A stretch of 64,000 bases of DNA. It comes from an uncultured Bacteroidales bacterium. GTDB lineage: Bacteria > Bacteroidota > Bacteroidia > Bacteroidales > TTA-H9. A program made the position numbers and the translations under genes. The stretch's first letter is position 1. The number at the start of each line of letters is the position of its first letter. The notes beneath the pieces were generated by a model that did no database searches, had not been told where the DNA came from, and was given only the letters and a program-made list of their open reading frames with translations. The DNA is taken from positions 16,758 through 80,757 of the forward strand of contig CAZKHA010000002.1 of NCBI GenBank assembly GCA_964552325.1, in the 5' to 3' direction. This document shows, piece after piece, positions 51,524 through 60,578 of this stretch.

Positions 51524-52555
51524 ATGAAAAGCAAGGCAAGTATTTTGGCTATTGTACTTTTATCGAGCATGCTGATTTCGTGTAACGAGAACAAAAAAGG
51601 CCTATCGAACTCAACTGGCGGATCATGCGAAATAATGGTGGTTACTGATAATGCAGAACAATGGAAAGGCCAAATTGGAGACACTATCCGGCATTTTTTC
51701 AATCAGTATTTGCCTGGTTTGCCTATGCCCGAGGCATCGTTTGATGCCACAACAACTGTTTTAAACAAATTTAACCAAAACAGCTTGTTTAGGACTCATC
51801 ATGCTATATTAATTGTTACCATAAATCCCAAAGCCCAGCATGATACAATAGAAGCACGCGCAAACCTTTGGTCATTTCCTCAAAAAGTAGTTAAGATTAC
51901 TGCAAAATCCGACACTTCGTTTGCACGAATCTTCACCAACTACTATCCTTCAATGTTCAAGCTGTACCGCGATGTAGAAAAACAACGCATATTAAAACTT
52001 TTTTCAACCTCCCCAGCAAAGTCGATTAGCGATAAACTTAAACGAAACTTTGGCATTGATATGGTTATACCGGGTGGATTTGCAGAATCGACTAGTAACC
52101 AAAATTTTATATGGATACGCCAAAAAATACACCGCAAAAAACAAGATACAGAATTAGGCTTTCTAATCTATACCCGACCCTATAAAGATACAGCCGATTT
52201 TGGTCCAAAACGGATTGTTTACTTGCGCGATTCTATCGTTAGCAAATTTATTCCAGGACCTTCAGAAGGTTCGTATATGATTACATCAACCGAGGTAATT
52301 CCGCCAGATTTTAAACGAACCTCCAACTTTTCAACAGGCTTTGCCGTAGAAACCCGTGGATTGTGGAAGGTTGTTCACGACTTTATGGGTGGGCCGTTTA
52401 TAAGTTACACGTTTATTGATAAATACACGAACAATATTGTAACTGCCGAAGGTTATCTATACAGCCCTGGCACCGAACAACGGAAATTTGCTTTACAAAT
52501 TGAAGCCCTATTAAACACCATAAAAGTTGTTGATAAAAAAGAAGTTACAAATTAG
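51524..52555 (+). CDS. DUF4837-like lipoprotein
   Basis: Lipobox LISC; GLPMPE, W..PQ, IPGP..GSYM, ETRGLW, MGGPF; follows mltD. Confidence 0.75.
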   Translation: MKSKASILAIVLLSSMLISCNENKKGLSNSTGGSCEIMVVTDNAEQWKGQIGDTIRHFFNQYLPGLPMPEASFDATTTVLNKFNQNSLFRTHHAILIVTINPKAQHDTIEARANLWSFPQKVVKITAKSDTSFARIFTNYYPSMFKLYRDVEKQRILKLFSTSPAKSISDKLKRNFGIDMVIPGGFAESTSNQNFIWIRQKIHRKKQDTELGFLIYTRPYKDTADFGPKRIVYLRDSIVSKFIPGPSEGSYMITSTEVIPPDFKRTSNFSTGFAVETRGLWKVVHDFMGGPFISYTFIDKYTNNIVTAEGYLYSPGTEQRKFALQIEALLNTIKVVDKKEVTN

Positions 52556-52575
52556 TATCAAACATAAACCTTTTG

Positions 52576-52620
52576 AGCCATGTTGATAATAGAGCTTTTA
52601 CCCTATTATTACATGGCTTT
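52576..52620 (+). terminator. Long hairpin, likely terminator
   Basis: AGCCATGT..TAATAG / CTATTA..ACATGGCT inverted repeat followed by T-rich tail. Confidence 0.6.
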
Positions 52621-52659
52621 ATATTTATTCTTACTTTAGCCAAACCTAATACCTGACAT

Positions 52660-54801
52660 ATGAAAAGAATCATACTTACAACTTTAGTTATAGTATTATT
52701 TATCAGTCAACTACAACTAAGTGCACAAAAATTATTTACGCCCGAAGATGCTTCGTACAACAATACATCGTTGTATGCAAAAGGCTTATCAAATCTTCAA
52801 TGGTTGCCAAATACCACTCAATTTACTTATGTATCAAACAATTGCCTTGTTAAAGGGACTCCTGAGTCCGAATCGAGGGATACGATTCTTAAGCTTAGCA
52901 AGTTGAACGATGCTTTTGTGCAACAAGGCCTTAAAGCTAGTAAGAACTTCCCTGCAATAAAATGGGTTGATGAAGCTCGTTTTACGGTTACTAAATCGAA
53001 TAAGATATTTTTATATGATATTATAAATCATGGTATTAAATTGTTAAACGCATATCCTGACGATGCCACAAATACCGATGTGGCACCCGTTACTAATTTT
53101 GTTGCTTATACCCGCGACAACAATTTATTTGTAAGCTTTGATGGCAACGAACAAGCTGTAAGCAACGAAACAAATACGGGGATACTTTATGGCTCAGAAC
53201 GCGTACATCGGAATGAATTTGGCATTGAAAAAGGAACTTTCTGGTCGCCAAATGGTAAACTATTGGCTTTTTATCGCATGGATGAAACCATGGTTACCAA
53301 TTATCCATTAGTTGATATCTCAACACGTATTGCCGAACTAAAAAACACACGCTATCCTATGGCCGGAATGACCAGCCACCAAGTGACAATTGGAGTGTAT
53401 AATACTGAAAATAAAAAAATTACATACTTAAATACGGGATTACCAGCCGATCAGTACCTTACAACCGTAACATGGGATCCCAAATCGGAGCATATTTATG
53501 TAGCTGTGTTGAATCGTGATCAAAACCACATGAAATTTAATAAGTACGATGCTAAAACAGGAAAACTTGTTAGAACCTTGTTCGAAGAGCACAATGAACG
53601 TTATGTTGAGCCAGAAAACGATCCTGAGTTTTTGCCAAATGATGATTCAAAATTTATTTGGTTAAGCGAACGCGATGGCTACAAGCATATGTACCTTTAC
53701 GATACTACTGGAAAGCTTTTGAGTCAGCTCACCAAAGGAAACTGGATGGTGAACAAAATCATAGGATTTAACCCGAAACTCGGATTAGCTTATTTTAACG
53801 CAACCAAGGACAGCCCATTACAAAGCAATGCTTACAGTATTGATATTAAAAAGCTTACAATTAAGCGCCTAACCCCTGAACATGGTACCCACACAGCTAT
53901 GATCAGTACAAATGGTAACTATATAATTGATAGCTATTCAAGTAGTGATATCGCAAAAAGAATAGTGGTTTATGATGCCAAAAACAAGCTTGTACAAGAA
54001 TTGCTTAAAAATACCAACCCTTTAAGTGATTACAATGTACCCTCTACAAAAGTGTTTTCAATTAAAAGTTCAGATGGCACTGATTTGTATTGCCGATTGA
54101 TAAGACCTGTTGATTTTGATAGTACTAAAAAGTACCCGGTAATAGTTTACGTTTATGGAGGTCCCCATGCCCAGCTTATTACGGATACTTGGTTATGGGG
54201 CGCTGGTATCTATCTAAATTACTTAGCCCAACAAGGATATTTGGTATTTACGCTCGATAATCGTGGTTCGGCCAACAGGGGTTTTGAGTTTGAAAGCATT
54301 ATACATCGTAACTGCGGGAAAATGGAAGTTGAGGATCAAATGGCTGGAGTACGTTATTTAAAGACCTTGCCTTACGTTGACATAGAACGAATTGGGGTGG
54401 ATGGTTGGAGCTACGGTGGATTCATGACCATCAATTTATTGTTGGAAAACCCGGGAGTATTTAAAGCTGGTTGCGCCGGTGGACCTGTGTGTGATTGGAA
54501 ATATTATGAGGTGATGTACGGCGAACGGTACATGGACACACCCGAAAGCAATCCGGAAGGGTATAAAGCTTCTAGCTTAATTGAGAATGCTGATAAGTTA
54601 AGCGATAAACTAATGATTATTCATTGCACCACCGATCCGGTTGTGGTTTGGCAAAACAGTTTATCGTTTGTTCAAAAATGCATCGAAAACAAGCAATTAC
54701 TCGAGTATTTTGTGTATCCCGGACATGACCATAATGTTGGAGGGATAGATAGAGCCCATTTAATCAGGAAAATAGAAGACTACTTTAAGCGAACTCTTTA
54801 A
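52660..54801 (+). CDS. S9B peptidase (DPP IV / prolyl tripeptidyl peptidase-like)
   Basis: FWSPNG, YPMAG, YVYGGPH, DNRGS, GWSYGG, D.VV, YPGHDH catalytic triad. Confidence 0.92.
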   Translation: MKRIILTTLVIVLFISQLQLSAQKLFTPEDASYNNTSLYAKGLSNLQWLPNTTQFTYVSNNCLVKGTPESESRDTILKLSKLNDAFVQQGLKASKNFPAIKWVDEARFTVTKSNKIFLYDIINHGIKLLNAYPDDATNTDVAPVTNFVAYTRDNNLFVSFDGNEQAVSNETNTGILYGSERVHRNEFGIEKGTFWSPNGKLLAFYRMDETMVTNYPLVDISTRIAELKNTRYPMAGMTSHQVTIGVYNTENKKITYLNTGLPADQYLTTVTWDPKSEHIYVAVLNRDQNHMKFNKYDAKTGKLVRTLFEEHNERYVEPENDPEFLPNDDSKFIWLSERDGYKHMYLYDTTGKLLSQLTKGNWMVNKIIGFNPKLGLAYFNATKDSPLQSNAYSIDIKKLTIKRLTPEHGTHTAMISTNGNYIIDSYSSSDIAKRIVVYDAKNKLVQELLKNTNPLSDYNVPSTKVFSIKSSDGTDLYCRLIRPVDFDSTKKYPVIVYVYGGPHAQLITDTWLWGAGIYLNYLAQQGYLVFTLDNRGSANRGFEFESIIHRNCGKMEVEDQMAGVRYLKTLPYVDIERIGVDGWSYGGFMTINLLLENPGVFKAGCAGGPVCDWKYYEVMYGERYMDTPESNPEGYKASSLIENADKLSDKLMIIHCTTDPVVVWQNSLSFVQKCIENKQLLEYFVYPGHDHNVGGIDRAHLIRKIEDYFKRTL

Positions 54802-54806
54802 AAAAC

Positions 54807-54840
54807 AAAAGCGGCCCAACAAATAGGCCGCTTTTTTTTT
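54807..54840. terminator. Bidirectional terminator between S9 peptidase and tRNA-Thr
   Basis: AAAAGCGGCC-9nt-GGCCGCTTTT with T9. Confidence 0.85.
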
Positions 54841-54915
54841 GGAGCCACTCATGGGACTCGAACCCACGACCCGCGCATTACGAATGCGCTGCTCTACCGA
54901 CTGAGCTAAAGTGGC
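54840..54915 (-). tRNA. tRNA-Thr(CGT)
   Basis: Reverse complement GCCACTT TAGCTCAGTCGGTAGAGC A GCGCA TTCGTAA TGCGC...GGTTCGAGTCC..GAGTGGC T CCA; TATATTTG promoter at 54927-54934. Confidence 0.97.
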
Positions 54916-54957
54916 AAAACAGGCTGCAAATATACAACTTTCGATTTATTTCATCAC

Positions 54958-55902
54958 TTATACCAAGCCAAGCTTTCGTGATATGGACAGCATACGTACA
55001 ATCGGCTCTCGGGCTTTTTCCATCACATCAACATCAATATTGATTTCGGGTGTTTCGTTTTTAAGGCACAAATAGAGCTTCTCAAGGGTGTTCAGTTTCA
55101 TGTAAGGGCAATCGTTGCACGAGCAGGTTTCGTTCGAAGGAACCACCAAGAACGACTTCGTGGGCGACTCTTTCTTCATCTGGTAAAGAATGCCAGTTTC
55201 ACTAGCTATGATATATTTTTGGCAAGGATCTGTCTTCGTAAACTTAATCATGCCATTTGTTGAACCAATATAATCAGCAATATGGAGCACAGCTGGATTA
55301 CACTCCGGATGCGCTACAACTTTAGCATCAGGGTTTTGCAGCTTCAGTTTCAAAATCCCTTCGGTAGTAAGCAAATCGTGCACCGTGCAAGTACCATCCC
55401 ACAAAACCATATTCCTGCCGCTCATCCTGTTTATGTACCCACCAAGATTTTTATCGGGGGCAAAGATAATTTTTTGCTCGGGTGGCAATGATTCAACAAT
55501 CTGCAACGCATTGCCCGATGTACAGATTATATCGGATAAGGTCTTGATGGCTGCAGTCGAATTTATATAAGTAATTACAAGATGATCAGGATATTGACTT
55601 TTGAATTGTTTGAAAGACTCAAAGTCGCAGCTATCGGCCAAACTACAACCCGCGTTTAAATCGGGCAATAGGACTTTTTTGCTTGGATTGAGTATTTTTG
55701 CAGTTTCGGCCATAAAGTGCACACCACAAAAAACGATCAGATTAGCATCCGTTTCACTGGCTTTTTGCGACAAAGCCAAACTATCGCCCTTAAAGTCGGC
55801 CAGCTCCTGTATTTCGTCGGTTTGATAATAGTGAGCCAAGATAACCGCATTTTTCTCGTTTTTGAGCTTTAAGATATCTGCCGAAAAATTTCGGATTCCC
55901 AT
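54958..55902 (-). CDS. nadA: Quinolinate synthase
   Basis: LAHYYQ, GDSL, FCGVHFMAETAK, GCSLA, YINS, CTS.NA, C.VH, HPEC, CPYMK. Confidence 0.96.
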   Translation of the reverse strand: MGIRNFSADILKLKNEKNAVILAHYYQTDEIQELADFKGDSLALSQKASETDANLIVFCGVHFMAETAKILNPSKKVLLPDLNAGCSLADSCDFESFKQFKSQYPDHLVITYINSTAAIKTLSDIICTSGNALQIVESLPPEQKIIFAPDKNLGGYINRMSGRNMVLWDGTCTVHDLLTTEGILKLKLQNPDAKVVAHPECNPAVLHIADYIGSTNGMIKFTKTDPCQKYIIASETGILYQMKKESPTKSFLVVPSNETCSCNDCPYMKLNTLEKLYLCLKNETPEINIDVDVMEKAREPIVRMLSISRKLGLV

Positions 55903-55920
55903 AAACGCTTTCTTTGTATT

Positions 55921-56406
55921 AAGATTTATATATAAAGTAAGATGAAGAATAATGCCTGTTGATAACCCTGAAAAGTTTGATAAAAAAAGTTTGGAATTGT
56001 CGTTATCCCCACTTCATCAACAATCAAAACAAGCCATTGTTAATAAAACACCATTCAAAACCAATCAAAAGGCTCGGTTTTCAACAACTGTTAACAACTT
56101 CGCCTGTTAGTAAAATGAGGTTGCAAAAATACACCCGAATTGTTGATTAGTTGTGGAAAACTGCTTAAAAATAAACGTAACTTTTTTAAAAGAGCCAAAA
56201 TTGAGCGGCTTTGAGGTCTTATCAGAATTTATCCACAACTTTTAGGTAGTTTTTCACATTGGGTTGTTGATAAAATGTAAGGCTTGAAAAACAAGGCTAT
56301 ATAAACACCATGAGGCAATACCATGGATATAAACACTTAATAAATAGACAGCTATCGGTTGTTAACAAATATTGCCGTACCTTTGTTATCCGAAATTTTA
56401 TTAACA
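55921..56406. other. Candidate chromosomal replication origin (oriC)
   Basis: About 12 DnaA-box-like 9-mers including TTATCCACA at 56229; box-GGC-trio-AT-rich arrangement at 55921-55965; parS and mnmG within 50 kb. Confidence 0.7.
56378..56385 (+). promoter_or_regulatory. -7 element (TACCTTTG) for rpiB
   Basis: TAnnTTTG 21 nt upstream of ATG 56407. Confidence 0.55.
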
Positions 56407-56859
56407 ATGCACACACAATCCCGAATTTTGGCATTAGGATGCGACCATGCCGGATTTGAACTTAAAGAATATCTTAAGAACGAGCTAGTTGCGTTAGGCT
56501 TTGAAATAGAGGACTTTGGAACAAACAGCATTGAGAGTGTGGATTATCCAGACATTATCCATCCACTTGCAAGGGCCATTGACCAAGGAAGGCAGACAAC
56601 GGGCATCATAATTTGCGGAAGCGGAATTGGCGTAAGTATGGTTGCCAACAAATACCCGAACGTACGCGCCGCACTATGCTGCGACGTGGAACGCGCCCAA
56701 TTATCCCGGGAGCATAACAATGCTAATATTTTAGCCATGGGTGCACGTTTTATGCCCTTTGAGCAAGCCTTAGAAATGGTAAAAGTGTTTGTTGAAACTC
56801 CATTCGCAGGTGGCCGACATGCAACAAGGGTTAATAAAATTTCGATAGATAAGCTGTAA
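56407..56859 (+). CDS. rpiB: Ribose-5-phosphate isomerase B
   Basis: GCDHAG, DYPD, ICGSGIG, ANK, REHNNAN, GGRH. Confidence 0.95.
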   Translation: MHTQSRILALGCDHAGFELKEYLKNELVALGFEIEDFGTNSIESVDYPDIIHPLARAIDQGRQTTGIIICGSGIGVSMVANKYPNVRAALCCDVERAQLSREHNNANILAMGARFMPFEQALEMVKVFVETPFAGGRHATRVNKISIDKL

Positions 56860-56880
56860 GAAATTTAAAATTAGCAACGT

Positions 56881-58257
56881 ATGTCAGATAGTGCCACCAT
56901 ATTCCATCAAAAATCCGAAGAAATGGCCTTTGATGTTGACCACCGCCGGAAGATTAACTTTAATATAGGTCGTTATGACGAATCGGTAAAGAAAGGCCGT
57001 TTGTATTATTCCAATCTCGAGTTGGCCCGCAAGCGAGCCGGTCACATAAAATACAAAGCCATAAACGAGCTCGAAAAACTTTTGGCTGAGTTTGAATCAA
57101 AGTTTACGTCGAAAGGCGGAAAAGTAATTTGGACGATTGATGCTCAAGATGCCATAAAACAGATACTCGCCATCGTTAAAAAGCACGACATCCGTGCGGT
57201 AGTCAAATCAAAATCAATGACTACCGAAGAAATTGCTTTTAACGATGCCCTCAAGGCCAAAAAGGTGGAAGCTACCGAAACCGATTTGGGTGAATTTATA
57301 GTTCAACAAGCTGGCCAAAAACCCTACCACATTGTTACCCCGGCCATGCATATGTCAAAAGAAGATGTGGCTGATTTGTTTGGTAAGAAATATCCCAGCC
57401 TAGGACCAAGCGCATCACCCGATGAAATAACAGCATTTGTTCGCAACCTTTTGCGCGAAAAGTTTTTACATGCCGATGCGGGCGTTACGGGAGCAAATTT
57501 TTTGATAGCCGACACAGGCTCAATTGCACTTACCGAAAACGAAGGCAATGGTTTTATGTCCATGGCATTCCCACGGGTACATATTGTAATAGCAGGTATC
57601 GAGAAAATTATACCCTCTCTTAATGACCTTGATTTATTTTGGCCTCTTTTGGCCACGCATGGAACAGGGCAGTACCTAACCGTTTACAACTCCATTATCT
57701 CAGGGCCTCGCCAAGATGGAGAAACAGATGGCCCTTTAGATATGTATGTAATCTTAATCGACAATGGCAGAACCAATTTATTGGCACAAGAACATCAACG
57801 CCAAGCCCTTACCTGTATTCGCTGCGGAGCTTGCCTGAATGCATGCCCTGTGTATAAGAATATTGGTGGCCATGCCTATGGTACCACATACTCTGGCCCA
57901 ATAGGATCTGTTATTACACCGTATTTGACTGATTTAAAAGATTATAATCATTTAAGTTTTGCGTCCTCGCTGTGTGGCAAATGCACCGATGTTTGTCCTG
58001 TAAAAATCCCACTGCATGAGCTCTTGCTTTATAACCGCCGCGATGCGGTTCAAAAAGGATTTGCACAAACAAACTGGAAATGGGGAATGAATGTTTTGAA
58101 GAAAAGATGGATGATGGATCAAGGAGTAGGAATAAAAAGTGTGGTTATGAAAACGTTTATTAAGAACTTATGGGGCTCTAGGCGTACCTTGCCTGAGTTT
58201 CCTTCACGTAATTTTAAACAGCTTTGGGAGGCCGAGAGAGGTAAAAACCATAAATAG
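56881..58257 (+). CDS. lutB: Lactate utilization protein B (LutB/LldF iron-sulfur protein)
   Basis: KSKSMTTEE, ETDLGE, HIVTPA.H, ENEGN, CIRCGACLNACP, SLCGKC..VCP. Confidence 0.9.
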   Translation: MSDSATIFHQKSEEMAFDVDHRRKINFNIGRYDESVKKGRLYYSNLELARKRAGHIKYKAINELEKLLAEFESKFTSKGGKVIWTIDAQDAIKQILAIVKKHDIRAVVKSKSMTTEEIAFNDALKAKKVEATETDLGEFIVQQAGQKPYHIVTPAMHMSKEDVADLFGKKYPSLGPSASPDEITAFVRNLLREKFLHADAGVTGANFLIADTGSIALTENEGNGFMSMAFPRVHIVIAGIEKIIPSLNDLDLFWPLLATHGTGQYLTVYNSIISGPRQDGETDGPLDMYVILIDNGRTNLLAQEHQRQALTCIRCGACLNACPVYKNIGGHAYGTTYSGPIGSVITPYLTDLKDYNHLSFASSLCGKCTDVCPVKIPLHELLLYNRRDAVQKGFAQTNWKWGMNVLKKRWMMDQGVGIKSVVMKTFIKNLWGSRRTLPEFPSRNFKQLWEAERGKNHK

Positions 58258-58294
58258 ATACTCTTACAAACAATCACCTAAACCAACTAATAAC

Positions 58295-60340
58295 ATGTAC
58301 AAGTCAGTTTTTTTGTTGTTTGCCCTTGCGATGCTAGTATCATGCAAGAACACCAACACCCCGGGTAATAGCAGTAAGGCTTTTATAGCCGAAAACATTC
58401 AAAAACAGGCAATTGATAGCCTAAAAGCACACTATAGTACCGAAGAAGCATTTCGGGTTGAACGCGGGGTTGCCCAAGTTGCTCAACTTTGGAGCGAAAA
58501 AGATGGATCTGCAGAGGCTTTTGTAACCTTTTGCTCCCAAAATTTTGTTCCACAAGGAGGCAAGCTCGACACGCTTTTTGGCAAACTTTCGCACAATTTC
58601 GAAGTTGTTTGGGGCAATTTCCTCAAAATGAACATCGAACTAATGGAACCCTTGCATCTTGATAAAGGCGAGATTACAGCTATTGACGAGAAGTTTGGCA
58701 GTTTTAATCCTTCGGCCCACCTTACCGAAGACTTATTTCAAAACCAAGTAGCTTTTTTGGTAGCCCTTAATTTCCCTTTCTACAATCTTGGCGAAAAAAA
58801 TCAAAAAGGCGCAGATTGGACACCAAAACAATGGGCCGATGCCCGAATGGGCGATGTTTTTACTTCGCGTGTGCCAGCCGAATTGCAGCAAAAAGCATCA
58901 GATGCTGCCACAACATCAGATACTTATATCTCAGAATACAACATCTGCATGGATAAGCTTGTGGATGACAAGGGCAATCCCATGTTTGAAGAGGGTTTAA
59001 AGCTCATAACCCATTGGGGCTTGCGAGATGAACTGAAATCGAATTATGGCATGGATGGCGGACAGCAAAAACAGGAAATGATTTTTGAAGTGATGAAGCG
59101 AATCGTGGATCAATCAATTCCGTCGCAAGTTATTAACAACCCTGAGTTCACATGGAACCCGGTTTCGAATGTTGTAACCAAAGAAGGCAAAAAGGTAGAA
59201 GCCGGCGCGGAGCCGGATACCCGCTACCAAATGCTGTTGGGCAATTTTAAGGCCATGCAAGCCATTGATGCCTATTCGCCACAGTATCCTACGTTTATAA
59301 AGCGCAAGTTCGAGAGCGAGATGGAGCTTACACAAGAAGAGGTAGAAAAACTGTTTATCAATTTTGTTTCTTCCCCTCAAGTTAAACAGGTAGCCTCGCT
59401 AATAAGCAAACGCCTAGGCCGCCAATTACGCCCCTATGATATTTGGTACAATGGTTTTAAGGCAAGCAGCGGAATTAATGAAAGCGATTTGGACAAAAAG
59501 ACCCGAGCACTCTACCCAAACCCAGCAGCAGTTCAAAGCGATTTGCCAAACATGCTAAAAAAATTGGGCTTTGCACAAGCCGATGCGTCCTTTATCGCTT
59601 CAAAAGTACAGGTTGATGGAAGCCGTGGTGCGGGCCATGCCCAGGGCGCAGCCATGAAATCGGAAAAGGCACGCTTGCGTACCCGAATTGCAGCTGACGG
59701 CATGAATTATAAAGGATATAACATTGCTGTTCATGAATTTGGCCATAATGTTGAGCAAACAATTACCTTACATAATGTGCCTGATTATATGCTAAATGGG
59801 GTGCCCAATACAGCCTTTACCGAAGCTTTGGCGTTTATCTTTCAAAAGCGCGACTTAGAACTCCTTGGATTTAAGGAGACCAATCCCGATAAGGAGACCA
59901 TGATGGTGCTCGACCACTTTTGGGCATGTTATGAAATTATGGGGGTTTCGCTTGTGGACATGAATGTTTGGAAATGGCTTTACGAGCACCCAGATGCAAC
60001 ACCCGCACAACTTAAGGAAGCAGTACTCAAAATCTCGAAAGAAGTTTGGAACACCTATTATGCCGATGTTTTTGGATCAAAAGATGAGGCTATCTTAGCC
60101 ATATATTCGCATATGATTGATGCCCCGCTCTACTTATCAGCCTATCCAATTGGCCATTTAATTGACTTCCAGATAGAAAAATTTTTGGTGGGCAAGGATT
60201 TCGCCACCGAAGTAAAACGCATGTACAGTATTGGTCGTGTAGCACCACAGGTTTGGATGAAAAATGCTGTAGGAGAGGAGCTTTCAGAGAAACCCTTGCT
60301 CGAAGCAACATCTAAGGCTGTACAAGACTTGACTAATTAG
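58295..60340 (+). CDS. Uncharacterised lipoprotein with gluzincin metallopeptidase motif
   Basis: Lipobox LVSC; HEFGH and downstream FTEALA; C-terminal H...PLY..Y..G..I.FQ pattern. Confidence 0.65.
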   Translation: MYKSVFLLFALAMLVSCKNTNTPGNSSKAFIAENIQKQAIDSLKAHYSTEEAFRVERGVAQVAQLWSEKDGSAEAFVTFCSQNFVPQGGKLDTLFGKLSHNFEVVWGNFLKMNIELMEPLHLDKGEITAIDEKFGSFNPSAHLTEDLFQNQVAFLVALNFPFYNLGEKNQKGADWTPKQWADARMGDVFTSRVPAELQQKASDAATTSDTYISEYNICMDKLVDDKGNPMFEEGLKLITHWGLRDELKSNYGMDGGQQKQEMIFEVMKRIVDQSIPSQVINNPEFTWNPVSNVVTKEGKKVEAGAEPDTRYQMLLGNFKAMQAIDAYSPQYPTFIKRKFESEMELTQEEVEKLFINFVSSPQVKQVASLISKRLGRQLRPYDIWYNGFKASSGINESDLDKKTRALYPNPAAVQSDLPNMLKKLGFAQADASFIASKVQVDGSRGAGHAQGAAMKSEKARLRTRIAADGMNYKGYNIAVHEFGHNVEQTITLHNVPDYMLNGVPNTAFTEALAFIFQKRDLELLGFKETNPDKETMMVLDHFWACYEIMGVSLVDMNVWKWLYEHPDATPAQLKEAVLKISKEVWNTYYADVFGSKDEAILAIYSHMIDAPLYLSAYPIGHLIDFQIEKFLVGKDFATEVKRMYSIGRVAPQVWMKNAVGEELSEKPLLEATSKAVQDLTN

Positions 60341-60387
60341 GCATTGATTTTTAAAATATTATAGATTAAGTTATAGTTAACTTTAAC

Positions 60388-60413
60388 AAAGGTCGGGCTT
60401 ATGTCCGGCCTTT
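60388..60413 (+). terminator. Hairpin, probable terminator
   Basis: AAAGGTCGGGC-TTAT-GTCCGGCCTTT. Confidence 0.7.
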
Positions 60414-60578
60414 AGTGTTGATAAAGGTTCAGCTTTAGTGTAATTTTGTAGTAATGCAGAATCCTTAAATTGTAAATGCTTTCGATGCAATGCCTAACGT
60501 GTCTGCGCATTTCAATTTTACAAACCGTTAACCCAACGCACTTTAAAGCTTGAATAATTTGGCAAACATGATTTAACT

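Noticed and set aside
55959-56150. 63-aa ORF between nadA and rpiB
   Set aside because: TTG start inside a DnaA-box-like site; runs through the box cluster; no protein signal
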